A stretch of 64,000 nucleotides of DNA from Octopus vulgaris (taxonomy: Eukaryota), in assembly GCA_951406725.2 (NCBI GenBank), contig OX597827.1:60140001-60204000 (forward strand), read 5' to 3'. Numbering within the stretch: position 1 is the first letter of the stretch; each line of letters starts with the position of its first letter. The position numbers were made by a program, and so were the translations under genes. Positions 1-12,916 of this stretch are shown piece by piece. The notes below the pieces were generated by a model that ran no database searches, was not told the origin of the DNA, and worked only from the letters and a program-made list of their open reading frames with translations.

Positions 1-114
1 TAACTCTCTAATAATTTATGTATAAATTTGTATTTTCTCTCTAGTTTTTTTGTGCTAAGCCACTCGGTTGTTAAATTAATGGTATTATTAAATTAATATC
101 AATTTTTCACCCTC

Positions 115-169
<55 letters not shown>

Positions 170-171
<2 letters not shown>

Positions 172-535
172 TAATAGTTAATAATTTTACCAAGTATTTC
201 GGTATGTTGAAAGAACCGTTATACAAAAATTCTATAATTATAAGCATAATTATAATTAGGGTTCAGCAAATTGCTTCACCACATACTGAAATTTAGAAAT
301 AGCAGTTAAATACTATTCCACTGCCATAAGATATCTCTTAATACTCTTAATTCACGTAGGTAAAGAGAAAAAAAATAACGAATCCACCCGGCTTTGATCA
401 ACCACATGTGCGTTTCTGGATTAAAGAGATATAAAATTTTATTTTTACTCACTTATTTCCGTCTTCAGTGTAGTATTTCAATTATAAATTCCAGAGTAAT
501 AATAATTAAAACATGTATTCGACCAAGAGATATCG
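170..535 (-). mobile_element. AT-rich Penelope-like or retrozyme-like non-coding element with a degenerate hammerhead
   Basis: Homolog at 53500-53782, with a shared GGTAAAGAGAAAAAAATAACGAATCCACCCGGCTTTGAT block. Reverse complement of 402-473 gives CUGAAGA...GAAAC. Flanked by (TA)n. Confidence 0.6.
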
Positions 536-699
536 ACATCTTATGTTTATATATATTATATATATGTGTATGTATGTATGTATGCATGTATGTATGTATG
601 TATGCATGTATGTGTGTATGTATGTATGGATGGATGGATGGATGGATGGATGGATGAATGGATGGATGGATGGATGGATGGATGGATGGACGTATATTA

Positions 700-900
700 G
701 TATGTCTGTGTTTCTCACCCCAGCATCGCTTGACAACCGTTGTTGTTTTCTTTACGTCACCGTAAACTAGCGGTTCAGCAAAAATGACCGATGGAATAAG
801 TATCAGATTTAGAACGAATAAGTCCTGGGGTCGATTTGCTCGACTAAATGAGGTACTCCAGTATGGCCTCAGTCAAATGACTGAAACAAGTAAAAAATAA
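700..900 (+). mobile_element. SINE A 3' half
   Basis: Matches 8780-8970. Confidence 0.85.
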
Positions 901-904
901 AACA

Positions 905-1052
<148 letters not shown>

Positions 1053-1335
1053 TAATTACACATATGTTAGTCTTTCTTTGCGCTTCATATTCGGATCATC
1101 CTACACAACAGTTTTACAGTCGTGAAACTGGGATTTTCTACACCTGGACATTTTCAGTATTAGTGTGTGTATATATATATGTGTGTGTGTGTGTGTATAC
1201 ATACATAAATCTATGTATGTATGTAGGCATGTATGTATATGTATACGTATATTTGTGTGTGTATATAGATAGATATAGATAGATATAGATCTATCTTTAT
1301 GTATATAGACACACACACACTCATATATATATGTA

Positions 1336-1375
<40 letters not shown>

Positions 1376-1405
1376 GTATCACTCTAATGTCTAAAACCGC
1401 AAATA

Positions 1406-1622
1406 GTCTGTTCTACTCTAGGCAGAAGGCTCGAAATTTTGGAGGAGGGGGCCAGTCGATTAGATCGACTCCAGTACACAGCTGGTACTTAATTTATTGA
1501 ACCCCGAAAGGATGAAAGGCAAAGTCGACTTCAGCGGAATTTGAACTCAGAACATAAAGACTGACGAAACACCACTTAGCATTTCGCCCGGCATGCTAAC
1601 TTTTCTGCCATCTCACCGCCTT
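1406..1622 (-). mobile_element. SINE B with the alternative tail and a 14-bp TSD
   Basis: TSD TAAAACCGCAAATA at 1392-1405 and 1623-1636. Tail ...AAAATTTCGAGCCTT.TGCCTAGAGTAGAA. Confidence 0.88.
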
Positions 1623-1865
1623 TAAAACCGCAAATATTACGTAAATTTTTTTATTTTACGTAAACTGGTGTTGAAAGCAGAGATGGTACAGAAACAATTA
1701 CAACGAATCATTAAACACGTGTTACAGAATTTTCTTTTTCTACTTTTTGTTATTTGGATTGTACCGCCACGACGCAACGGTGTTGCCGTCGAGAAACCAG
1801 GAGATTTTCTACACTTAAATTTTGGTATTGGTTTGGTATACGACTGTGTTGATAGTCCAGAAACT

Positions 1866-2132
1866 GGCAAGGTTGTTTATGGAAGACCAGCAGTCTCCCA
1901 TGCATACCGGCCTCCCCTCTCCCCGCCACCAGTGTTATCCGAGGGAAAGGTAAAGGGGCCGATACAGCTTGGCACCTGTGATGTCATTACTCATTTCTAC
2001 AGCTGAATGAACTGAAGGAACGTGAAATAAAGTGTCTTGCTCAAGAACACAACACACAGCCCTGTCCAGGTTTCGAACTCACAACCTCACGATCGTGTGC
2101 TCGACGCTCTAACCACTGAGCCATGCGCCTTC
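1866..2132 (-). mobile_element. SINE D, 3'-truncated
   Basis: Reverse complement of 10502-10760. Confidence 0.87.
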
Positions 2133-2144
2133 GGACACGATGAA

Positions 2145-2187
<43 letters not shown>

Positions 2188-2198
2188 TATACATATAT

Positions 2199-2324
<126 letters not shown>

Positions 2325-2544
2325 TCTAGATGGTGCACGCAAAATTTTATTCTTAAAGTATAAGCAAAACCTGTTCTATCAGAAAACACTTTCTTAGTAA
2401 GTTGTACAATGAAATCGAACTCAGAACCATGTGGTTGAAAATGAGACACCATAACCACTTACAAAAAGAATTCGTATAACGTGCGTGTGAAAGAACAAAA
2501 CAGATTTGTTTGTCATATTTAAGTATATACATGTATGTACAACG

Positions 2545-2578
<34 letters not shown>

Positions 2579-2728
2579 ACGCATGCATGCATATATACAC
2601 ATGTGTGTGTGTGTGCATGAGTGTACGCCTACGTGTGTACGAGTGTACGTGCATTATATATGTATACATGTATGTATGTATATAATGTATGTTTGCGTGT
2701 GTGTTTGCGCATTATATAATTATATATA

Positions 2729-2759
<31 letters not shown>

Positions 2760-2926
2760 GTTCATATATATTCATATACATACATATGTGTGTATATATA
2801 TGTGTACATATATATATATATATATATAAATATATATGTACACATATATATACACACATATGTATGTATATGAATATATATGATATATATATATATATAT
2901 ATAACACACACACATGTATGTATATG

Positions 2927-2971
<45 letters not shown>

Positions 2972-3454
2972 GGCGTGCGAAAATACATATTTGAAAGCAA
3001 GCAACTTTCAATTATTTGCTAATTATAATTAATTCACTTAAATATTTCAGTCATGAAATTTTACACCCTGCTTTGCTGCCAGCTTGCCCCTTCTTACTTT
3101 GGAATATGTGTTTTTCCTATTACTATGCCAGTTAAAGTGATTAACCAAGTCTTCATACTAAACCAAATCAACAGCTTGTGCTTAACATTTCTCAACAAAT
3201 TTCACTTGACATCAAAGAAGAACTTTATTTATTATTTCGGTTTTCAAAATTCATGATGTGAAAGTGTTTGTTGAAACAGACCTATCCGTTGAATATTAGA
3301 AGGGTCATTAGGCCAACAATGAATACGCGCGCTGATTGTATGTTACTTCCTTATTTATCCTAGTTGATTGTTAAACTATTTAACCAATTAACTAGTCAGT
3401 TGCTTGAGTGGCCGAACGATTAATGAAACAGTTGATTAGTTGAATTATTTAAAT

Positions 3455-3610
3455 AGGCGCAGACTTGGCTGTGTGGTAAGAAATTTGCTTCTCAACCACA
3501 TAGTTCCGGGGCGAACAAAGCTTTGTGAGTGGATCTGGGAGGTGTAAACCGAAAGAATACAGTCGTATATATTATAAATACATGCATACATACATACATA
3601 CATACATACA

Positions 3611-3685
<75 letters not shown>

Positions 3686-3767
3686 TGTAGGAGTGACTGT
3701 GTGGTAAGTAGCTTGCTTACCAACCACATGGTTCCAGGTTCAGTCCCATTGCGTGGCACCTTGGGCA
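3455..3767 (+). mobile_element. Two SINE A head fragments separated by microsatellite
   Basis: GGCTGTGTGGTAAG at about 3466 and GACTGTGTGGTAAG at about 3695. The second fragment abuts the Tx1-like end. Confidence 0.75.
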
Positions 3768-3775
3768 ATGTAGAT

Positions 3776-4265
3776 TTCTTTATTAACCACGCAGGGCCGA
3801 ACACAGAGAGGCAATATAATGTAGATATTTTTCTTTTTGAAAACAATCAAAAGGATCGAAAACGTTTTGAGATGTGTACACGAGGAAATAACAAAAGTGT
3901 CGCTTTTAACAATTAGAGTTCCCAAAAGGGGAGTAAATATAACATTGATTGGGCTTATCTGTGGGAAAGAAAAACCTACGAAAAAGAACCAAGCTAACCT
4001 CGGAAACAAAAAAAGAACATAACATGAGAGCAAAGCACGCTTTCTCTCTTTGTTTTTTAGGATCATGCTCAAGGTGGTTCCATCATTCATGCGTACCATC
4101 CTTGTCACATTCACCCACGTTTTGTTAAACTTTCCATTAGACAAAACTTCCCTCTCTACTCTCACCTTCCTTTTCAAGTGATACTTGAAAACGTTGATGA
4201 GAGGTTGGCCAGAGAGGAAAGCGTTTGTCTCTAAACTTTTCAAACGAGTCCACCATACACATTGC
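3776..4265 (-). mobile_element. L1/Tx1-like LINE 3' end: ORF2 C-terminus and 3' UTR
   Basis: CVWWTRLK...FKYHLKRKVRVER..LS..F...W resembles Tx1/L1 ORF2 C-termini. Ends with AATAAAGAAAT. The 3' UTR recurs at 46990-47240. Confidence 0.65.
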
Positions 4266-6257
4266 ACGTATGTTATGTTTGTTTACAGTGCAGAATGCAA
4301 GTTTTGAGTAATTACTCTGAAGAAGACAATGCTAAATTTCTCCAGTGCATGTATCGTTCCAAAAAGATTGTGAAATAAGAAATGTCCTAAGGAATCCCAT
4401 CTCCCTACAACGCTTGGTTAAGAACGAGGAGAGACGTATATCAATTAATAGATATGTACATGAGGTTCCCTTTGTCAAAATTTCGGTTACAGGTTCATAA
4501 ATGGTGGCGTGGTTAAGAAATGTCTTTGCAGATATGTAGTTTAGAGTTCCATACACTGCACAGCACCTTGAGCAACTGTCTTATACCATATCTCTGCGTT
4601 GATCAACGGTGAAAACTGAATGGAAGCCCGTCTGAATGACTGTTCTTGATTTTGAAGAGTAACCAGGAAGCTTATGAATCCGCATAAGATCCGGGTGTTT
4701 TTAAACCACTACCTTGTTCTCGGGTGCCTCTAACTAAAATCCCCTTTGTTGCAAGCATTTAAGTCAGGTCTTTGGCCTGAGAATAATGTCCCTTCCTCTC
4801 ACTTCCTCTCACTTCTTTTCATTTCTTCCAACCAGTCTCAGGGATCATGAGAAAGGACCGTGAGCACTAGGATTTCTTCTCTGAACATTATAAACTTCAT
4901 AAATTGCACATGTAACTGCTTCTATAGGAAGTTTATCCGCATCCTCTCCTGGAAATCTGAAATTATTTTCAGCCGCCTGGACATTATGCTAACTGGCTCT
5001 TCTCATTATATAAGTTTACTCATTATTATACAGCAGACATTTTTCATATAGATTTCGCTAAACTTGATGGCTATTTTTATTAAACAATCTATGGTATTTT
5101 CTGTTGACTTGGAGATGCTTTTTATTGGAGATGAGGACGTTTATAGCTATATTTAATTTCAAGTTTTTGTTGGTAAAATACAAAAAACAAAAAAAAAAAT
5201 TCAGATGATATTGTGATATCTATATTTATTTCCTTGCTGCTCCTATGACTTGAGATCATCTCACCAGGTAATCATGCTGCAAAACTGATTCCATTCACAC
5301 ACTTTCAATCACCCATTCTTCAAACTGAATATAATTGGAAAGAGGCTTGACACATGAAACAGTAATGATAAATAATGAGTTTCTTTTAGGATCCTGGGGT
5401 TTTCTGATCACCAAAAGAAATTATCCACTAATAGCACGTCTCCGGGAATAGATTTTCGTAATATATTTCTCAAGCCTGTTATCGTCCACTTGAACAATAT
5501 GTCTTCTCGGTTTTAGTACAGAAAATTTCCGATTCCCTTCTTTCTCAGCACGAATCCTTTTTGAAATTATTACCTTCAGATCTTTGAATGTCTTCAGGAT
5601 TATCTGAGATGATGATGACAGCCGTAACTTTTATTTGTGGTTCCTGTCTTGTTATTGTTGTGGATGTTGTAGTTATTGTAGTTATAACTTGCTGCCATAG
5701 TTCCTGCTACTGTTGTTGTTGTTCTTCTTTAATCCTGACTCAGCCTGATTCAGCAAATCCTTTATTCGAACTTTTGGAATTTCTCTATTATTTTATGACA
5801 TGGCATAGCTTAAATAATGTTATCCAACGTAGTCTTCCCTTTATCAAGTCGGTGTGGTATGATTTTGACCGCTAGATTTATGCATCAGCCAGATGTACAT
5901 TTTTATTTGCGATTAGTGTATGCCCAGTGTAGCATTGAGCCATATCATAAGCATGGTTTCCATCTTTAATCGTCTATTTTTGTGGAGAAACTATAGATGT
6001 GTTGAATACTAATGTTTTTGTTATGGAGTAAACTGACACCGTCGCACGTAACTGTGAGTGAACTGGACGAGTTTTATAAATAAATGAACCCAGAGACATC
6101 TAAGGCCGAACTGTGAGAGCGTTAATCTCGTTATTGATTCGGAGTATTGGATTGTTATTGTGTGGATGGTTATAAGATAACCAACTCTTGTTACATTGTT
6201 TATTGCTATAGGTTATATCTGGTACTATGATATATTGCTACACACACACACGCACAC

Positions 6258-6322
<65 letters not shown>

Positions 6323-6366
6323 CACACACATCATATATCGTCACTGGCGATGTAACCGATTTTCTA

Positions 6367-6516
6367 TACTCTTTTACTTGTTTCAAATCGACCCCAGGAC
6401 TTATTCTTTGGAAGCCTAATACTCGTTCTATCGGACTCTTTTGCCGAACCGCTAAGTTACGGGAACGTAAACACGCCACCATCTGTTGTCAAGCGATGTT
6501 GGGGGGACAAAGACAG

Positions 6517-6550
<34 letters not shown>

Positions 6551-6766
6551 ACACACACACACGTACGCATATATATATAATATATATATATATACATATA
6601 TACGGCGGGCTTCTTTCAGTTCCCGTTTACCAAATCCACTCACAAGGCTTTGGACGACCCGAGGCTATAATAGAAGACACTTACCCAAGGTGCCACGCAG
6701 TGGGAATGAACCGGGAACCATGTGGTGGGTAAGCAGGGCTTCTTACAACACAGCCACTCCTGCACC
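6367..6766 (-). mobile_element. SINE A, near full length
   Basis: Reverse complement of 8544-8984 with a small deletion. Confidence 0.88.
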
Positions 6767-7075
6767 TATTATATATATTATTTTGTATTGTGTTGTGTTG
6801 TATTGTGTTAAAATAAACACACAAATAACGTACACTAACGCAAAGGAAAAAACATGGGTTGCTGTCTTTAGCATATTTTCTGTTGTGTTGCTCTATACCA
6901 GCTGAATTAATTCAGGTTTCAACAATCAGGGAGGACGGGAATCTTAGTTTACTTGATTTCGTTTCTTTATTCGGCTTCCATTTTTGCTTGCATCAAGCTT
7001 CTTCGCGTTTTTCTTTTCCGTCACGTTTCTTCTTATTTTCTCACTGTCCAGCATCTTTGTTTATCAAATCATCAT

Positions 7076-7455
7076 GGAGGCGCAATGGCCCAGTGGTTAG
7101 GGCAGCGGACACGCGGTCGTAGGATCGCGGTTTCGATTCCCAGACCGGGCGTTGTGAGTGTTTATTGAGCGAAAACACCTAAAAGCTCCACGAGGCTCCG
7201 GCAGGGGATGGTGGTGATCCCTGCTGTACTCTTTCACCACAACTTTCTCTCGCTCTTACTTCCTGTTTCTGTTGTACCTGTATTTCAAAGGGCCGGCCTT
7301 GTCACTCTCTGTGTCACGCTGAATATCCCCGAGAACTACGTTAAGGGTATACGTGTCTGTGGAGTGCTCAGCCACTTACACGTTAATTTCACGAGCAGGC
7401 TGTTCCGTTGATTCGGATCAACCGGAACCCTCGCCGTCGTAACCGACGGAGTGCT
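7076..7455 (+). mobile_element. SINE family C (tRNA-derived head), full length
   Basis: A-box TGGCCCAGTGG and B-box GTTTCGATTCC. Partial copy at 23245-23440; related tails at 52280-52380 and 55685-55865. Confidence 0.88.
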
Positions 7456-7841
7456 TCCCTTATCAAATATATATAACACATAAACAGAGCCTGAAAGATT
7501 GCATGGAGATATACATGGCAAACTTTATAAATATGCCTAGTTAAAATATCATAAATGTACGAAACTATTAATGCCTCATTCGGTTGTGTATTAAAATTAT
7601 ATTTCTCTCTCACTGGATGGAGTATTTTTTTTTTGTTGATTCTATCAATATTTGGTTTATGTATATGTATGTATGTATGTATATACACATACATAGATAC
7701 ATATATAAATATATATATATATATATTATATATTATATATAGACATAGATATACATATATATATATATATACAATCATAGATACACATGTATATATATGT
7801 ATTCATATATATATATATATATGTATGTATATTTTTTATTA

Positions 7842-8219
7842 TTCTTTTGTTCTTTAATTTGTTTCAGCCATTCGACTGCGGCCATGCTGGAGCACAGCTT
7901 TTAGTCGTGCAAATCGACCCCACGATTTATTCTTTGTAAGCCTAGTACTTATCCTATCGGTCGATTTTGCCGAATCGCTAAGTCACGGCGACGTTAACAC
8001 ACCAACATCGGTTGTCAAGCGATGGTGGAGGGACAAACTCAGACAGACAAACATATACACATATATATACGACAGGCTCCTTTCAGTTTCCTTCTACCAA
8101 ATCCACTCACAAGGCTTTGGTCGGCCCGGGGCTATAATGGAAGACACTTGCACAAGGTACCACGCAGTGGGACTGAACCCGGAACCATGTGGCTGGTAAG
8201 CAAGCTACTTACCACACAG

Positions 8220-8222
<3 letters not shown>
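7842..8222 (-). mobile_element. SINE A, near full length
   Basis: Reverse complement of 8544-8984. Confidence 0.88.
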
Positions 8223-8265
<43 letters not shown>

Positions 8266-8543
8266 TAAATTCATATTACGATGAACGTAAACAAACAAAT
8301 TTTGCTTTAGAAGCATGTCTTAGAAAGATAAAGAAGTGATTTCAAATTCTCAAACGCAGGATAATGCTAATAATATAGCCCGAACAGGATAAGCTACCCC
8401 TATTTTGCAGAAAAAAGGGTTGGCGGCCGGCTAGAAGTCGAAAAAGTTTCATAAACTCTTACTTGTAATTTCCTATAACCGTTCTTCGGACAATTGTCAT
8501 AATGCAGACTAGTAAGCGATAAAAAGAATTAATTGTATATATA

Positions 8544-8706
8544 GGCGCAGGAGTGGCTGTGTGGTAAGTAGCTTGCTAAACAACCACATGGTTCCGGGTT
8601 CAGTCCCACTGCGTGGCATCTTGGGCAAGTGTCTTCTGCTATAGCCCCGGGCCGACCAATGCCTTGAGTGGATTTGGTAGACGGGAACTGAAAGAAGCCT
8701 GTCGTA

Positions 8707-8751
<45 letters not shown>

Positions 8752-8984
8752 TATATGTATGTGTGTGTGTTTGTGTGTCTGTGTTTGTCCCCCTAGCATT
8801 GCTTGATAACCGATGCTGGTGCGTTTACGTCCCCGTCACTTAGCGGTTCGGCAAAAGAGACTGATAGAATAAGTACTGGGCTTACAAAGAATAAGTCCCG
8901 GGGTCGATTTGCTCGACTAAAGGCGGTGCTCCAGCATGGCCACAGTCAAATGACTGAAACAAGTAAAAGAGTAAAGAGTAAAGA
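8544..8984 (+). mobile_element. SINE family A, full copy: tRNA-like head, CORE-like block, internal (TA)/(TG) microsatellite, (GTAAAAGA) tail
   Basis: A-box TGGCTGTGTGGT, B-box-like GGTTCAGTCCC and CTTGGGCAAGT. More than 15 related copies in the window. Confidence 0.9.
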
Positions 8985-9217
8985 CTATACACACTCACAC
9001 ACATACACACAGACACACACACACACACACACACGCACACACATATATATATATATAAGTATTTACGGATACCAGTTTAATAAAGGGACATTTAAAGGTG
9101 ATTTATAGCACTGTGTGCTTACTTGTACGGGTATATTTAAACTTATATGTAGCCTTTCATGCATGCATGTGAGAATGTATATACAGGGAGATATGCATTC
9201 GGCTGATTAATAATACT

Positions 9218-9367
9218 TACTCTTTTACTCTTTTACTCTTTTACTTGTTTCAGTCATTTGACTGCGGCCATGCTGGAGCACCGCCTTTTAATCGAGCAAC
9301 TCGACCCCGGGACTTATTCTTTGTAAGCCCAGTACTTATTCTATCGTTGTCTTTTATTCTATCGTTG

Positions 9368-9399
<32 letters not shown>

Positions 9400-9777
9400 G
9401 CTTGTGTGTGTTTGTGTGTCCGTGTTTGTCCCCCTAGCATTGTTTGACAACCGATGCTGGTGTGTTTATGTCCCCGTTACTTAGCGGTTCCGCAAAAGAC
9501 AACGATAGAATAAGTACTGGGCTTACAAAGAATAAGTCCCGGGGTCGAGTTGCTCGATTAAAAGGCGGTGCTCCAGCATGGCCGCAGTCAAATGACTGAA
9601 ACATATATATATACGACGGGCTTCTTTTCTGTTTCCGTCTACCAAATCCACTCACAAGGCTTGGTCGGCCCGAGGCTATAGTAGAAGGCACTTGCCCAAG
9701 TTGCCACGCAGTGGGACTGAACCCGGAACCATGTGGTTGGTAAGCAAGCTACTTACCACACAACCACTCCTGCGCCT
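9218..9777 (-). mobile_element. SINE A with an internal inverted duplication
   Basis: Tail (-) at 9218-9373, mid and tail (+) at 9400-9603, head (-) at 9613-9777. Confidence 0.88.
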
Positions 9778-10283
9778 TGTTTAATATGTATGTTTTGTTC
9801 CAATTAATATTTTAGTAAATACGTATCTTTGTACACACCTGCCCTCACTTCCTAAATACACATATTTTCCTGCGATTAACCTCTTCTCTTAATGGCTCTC
9901 TGCAGTTAAAATTTCCCTATCACTCTCCTTCCCACTTTGTTTCTCTCATTCCTACCGTCTCATTCTTTCACTTATTCTCTCCCTCTCTCTGTCTCTCTGT
10001 CTGTCTGTCTGTCTCTTTCTTTTTTTCCTCTCTTTTTTCTCCTTTCTGTTCATACTCTTTATACTGAGTGACTTCTTCACTTTTGTCTTACAAATTCCTT
10101 TCTTATTCCACAACATATTACTGAAACAACACATGCCACCAGTCAAATTCTTCATTCCTTCAACTTAGCAAAACATCTCAATTAACAAACAGACACTTGA
10201 TAAAAAAAAAGAAAAACCATTCACTACCAGACGTTTCTTCTTTTTACTCTCACGTCCAACGCGCACGCACACACACACACATA

Positions 10284-10324
<41 letters not shown>

Positions 10325-10501
10325 ATGCATAAAAAAACTTTAACCTAAGAAGCTTTCTTACTTATCGTCATCATTGTTAAATCTTCCTATTCTTTTTACT
10401 ACCAGACAACAACGATCGTCAAATACAGAAACAGTTGATGTTTCTTACGTTTATATATTAACTTACTTATCCTTATCTATTTAAATTTTGTATGTTTATA
10501 T

Positions 10502-10828
10502 GAAGGCACAGTGGTTAGAGCGTCGAGCTTACGATCGTGTGGTTGTGAGCTCCAAACCCGGAACCGGGCCACGTGTTGTGTTCTTGAGCAAGACACTTTA
10601 TTTCACGTTGCTCCAATTCAGTCAGCTGTAGAAATAAGTTGCGACGTCACAGGTGCTAAGCTGTATCAGCCTTTGCCTTTCCCTTGGATAACACTGGTGG
10701 CATGGAGAGCGGAGGCCGGTATGCATGGGCGACTGCTGGTCTTCCAGAAACAACCTCGCTCGGACTTGCGCCTGGGAGGGTAACTTTCTGGGTGCAATCC
10801 CATGATCTGCATCGTGACCGAAGGGAGT
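10502..10828 (+). mobile_element. SINE family D (tRNA head, CORE-like block, RTE-derived body and tail)
   Basis: GTGTTCTTGAGCAAGACACTTTA block. Further copies at 1866-2132 (-) and 62690-63005 (+). Confidence 0.87.
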
Positions 10829-10847
10829 CTCAGATATATATATATGC

Positions 10848-11205
10848 ACAACGAGCTATTTTCAGTTTCCGTCTACCAAATCTACTCACAAGACTTTTGT
10901 CGACCCGTGGCTATAGTAGAAGACACTTGGCCAAGATGCCATGCAGTGGGACTGAATCCGGAACCATGTGGTTGGGAAGCAAGATTCTAACCACACACCC
11001 ACCCCTAGCTTTTACTTGTTCTTGTGATTAGATTATGGCAATGCTTGAAGAAGTTTTAGCCGAATGAATCGGTCTCAGTACATTTTCGTTTTAAAGCCTG
11101 ATACTTATTCTATCGGTATCTTTTGCTGACTTCTAAGTTACGAGGGACGCAAACACTCCAACACAGGTTGTTTAACAGCAGTAATGCATAAACTCGGACA
11201 AAAAG
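10848..11205 (-). mobile_element. SINE A fragments: head of one copy and tail of another
   Basis: Homology to 8544-8984. Confidence 0.75.
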
Positions 11206-11227
11206 ACACATGCACATATCTGTTGCA

Positions 11228-11261
<34 letters not shown>

Positions 11262-11391
11262 ATGTGTGCATTTGTGTGTGCCCGTGTTTGCGGGTCTGAA
11301 TGTATGCATTTGTGTGAGAGTGTCTGTTTGTATGTGTGCGTGCGTGCGTGCGTGCGTGTGTGCGTGCCTGCGTGTGTGTGTGAGAAATGAT

Positions 11392-11576
11392 ATAGATAGA
11401 TAGATAGATAGATACATACATACATACATACATACATACATACATACATACATACATACATACATACATACAAACATACATGCCTGCATGCATACATGCA
11501 TACATACATACATACATAAATACATACATACATACATACATACATACATACATACATACATACATACATACATACA

Positions 11577-11608
<32 letters not shown>

Positions 11609-12063
11609 CGATGGGCTTTCCGTCTACCAATTCCAATCGAAAGGCATTGGTCAGCAGGAGTCTATTGTAGAAACGTGTATGTGTCCATATATACATATAC
11701 ATACAGATAAATACGTACATACATACATACACACACACATACATACATACATATATACATACATACATACATACATACATACATAGAAACACACATACAT
11801 ACATATATACGTACGTACATACATACATACACGCATACATACATACATACATACATACATACATAGAAACACACATACATACATACATGCGTACGTACAT
11901 ACATACATACACGCATACATACATACATACATACATACATACATACACACATACATACATACATACATACATACATACACACACACGTACATACATACAT
12001 ACATACATACATACATACATACATACATACATACATACATACATACATACATACATACATACA
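11392..12063. repeat. Long (CATA)n compound microsatellite with duplicated interruptions
   Basis: ACATAGAAACACACATAC...GTACGTAC occurs at about 11781 and again at about 11861. Confidence 0.92.
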
Positions 12064-12330
12064 TGAATTAGGAGACGTTTGTTTTTGCAAACGAAAGGAA
12101 CGAGTACTCAATATATATGTGGTTGTTGTCATATAATTTTTTCCACGTCTAAAGTTGCAACCTCGTAAGTTACAAGTTCTAGATTCATGTTGCTAATCCT
12201 TGCGTCGAGACATTTAGCCGAGGCTTGGAAACGGGAAACTAGTAGATATAGTAGTTGTTATTTGTGATGGGTTTGTTACAAATACACACACACACACACA
12301 TACACACACACATAAAGTGAGAGAGAGAAA

Positions 12331-12399
<69 letters not shown>

Positions 12400-12863
12400 A
12401 TCGATATATCTACGTATATATATATAGATATACACATATATATATATATACACACATATACGTATATATACACACACATATATACACACATATACGTATA
12501 TATACACACACATATATATATCTATGTATATATATGTATATATATATATATATATAAAAATATATAAAGTCATATACTGTAAATATGTATATATATGAGT
12601 GCATGGTGTGTGTACGCGTGGGTGTTTATGTGTGTGTGTATGCATATATATTTACATCTATGTACGTACATATGCATGTATATCTACATATACTCGCGTA
12701 TATGCATACACACACATACATAGCCGGGGACTCACAGTCACACGCACACATACACACACTTATATCTAGATATATGCCATATATGTATGCGCATGTGTGT
12801 ATATATATATGCATACATGTATACGTAAATATATACATACATATATATATATATAAATATATG

Positions 12864-12916
<53 letters not shown>

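Noticed and set aside
1668-2006. 112-aa ORF
   Set aside because: The second half is antisense SINE D sequence.
7076-7150. tRNA gene-like sequences (also 2060-2132, 10502-10570, 23245-23320)
   Set aside because: They are SINE heads: A and B boxes are present but they continue into repeated bodies and lack a proper acceptor stem.
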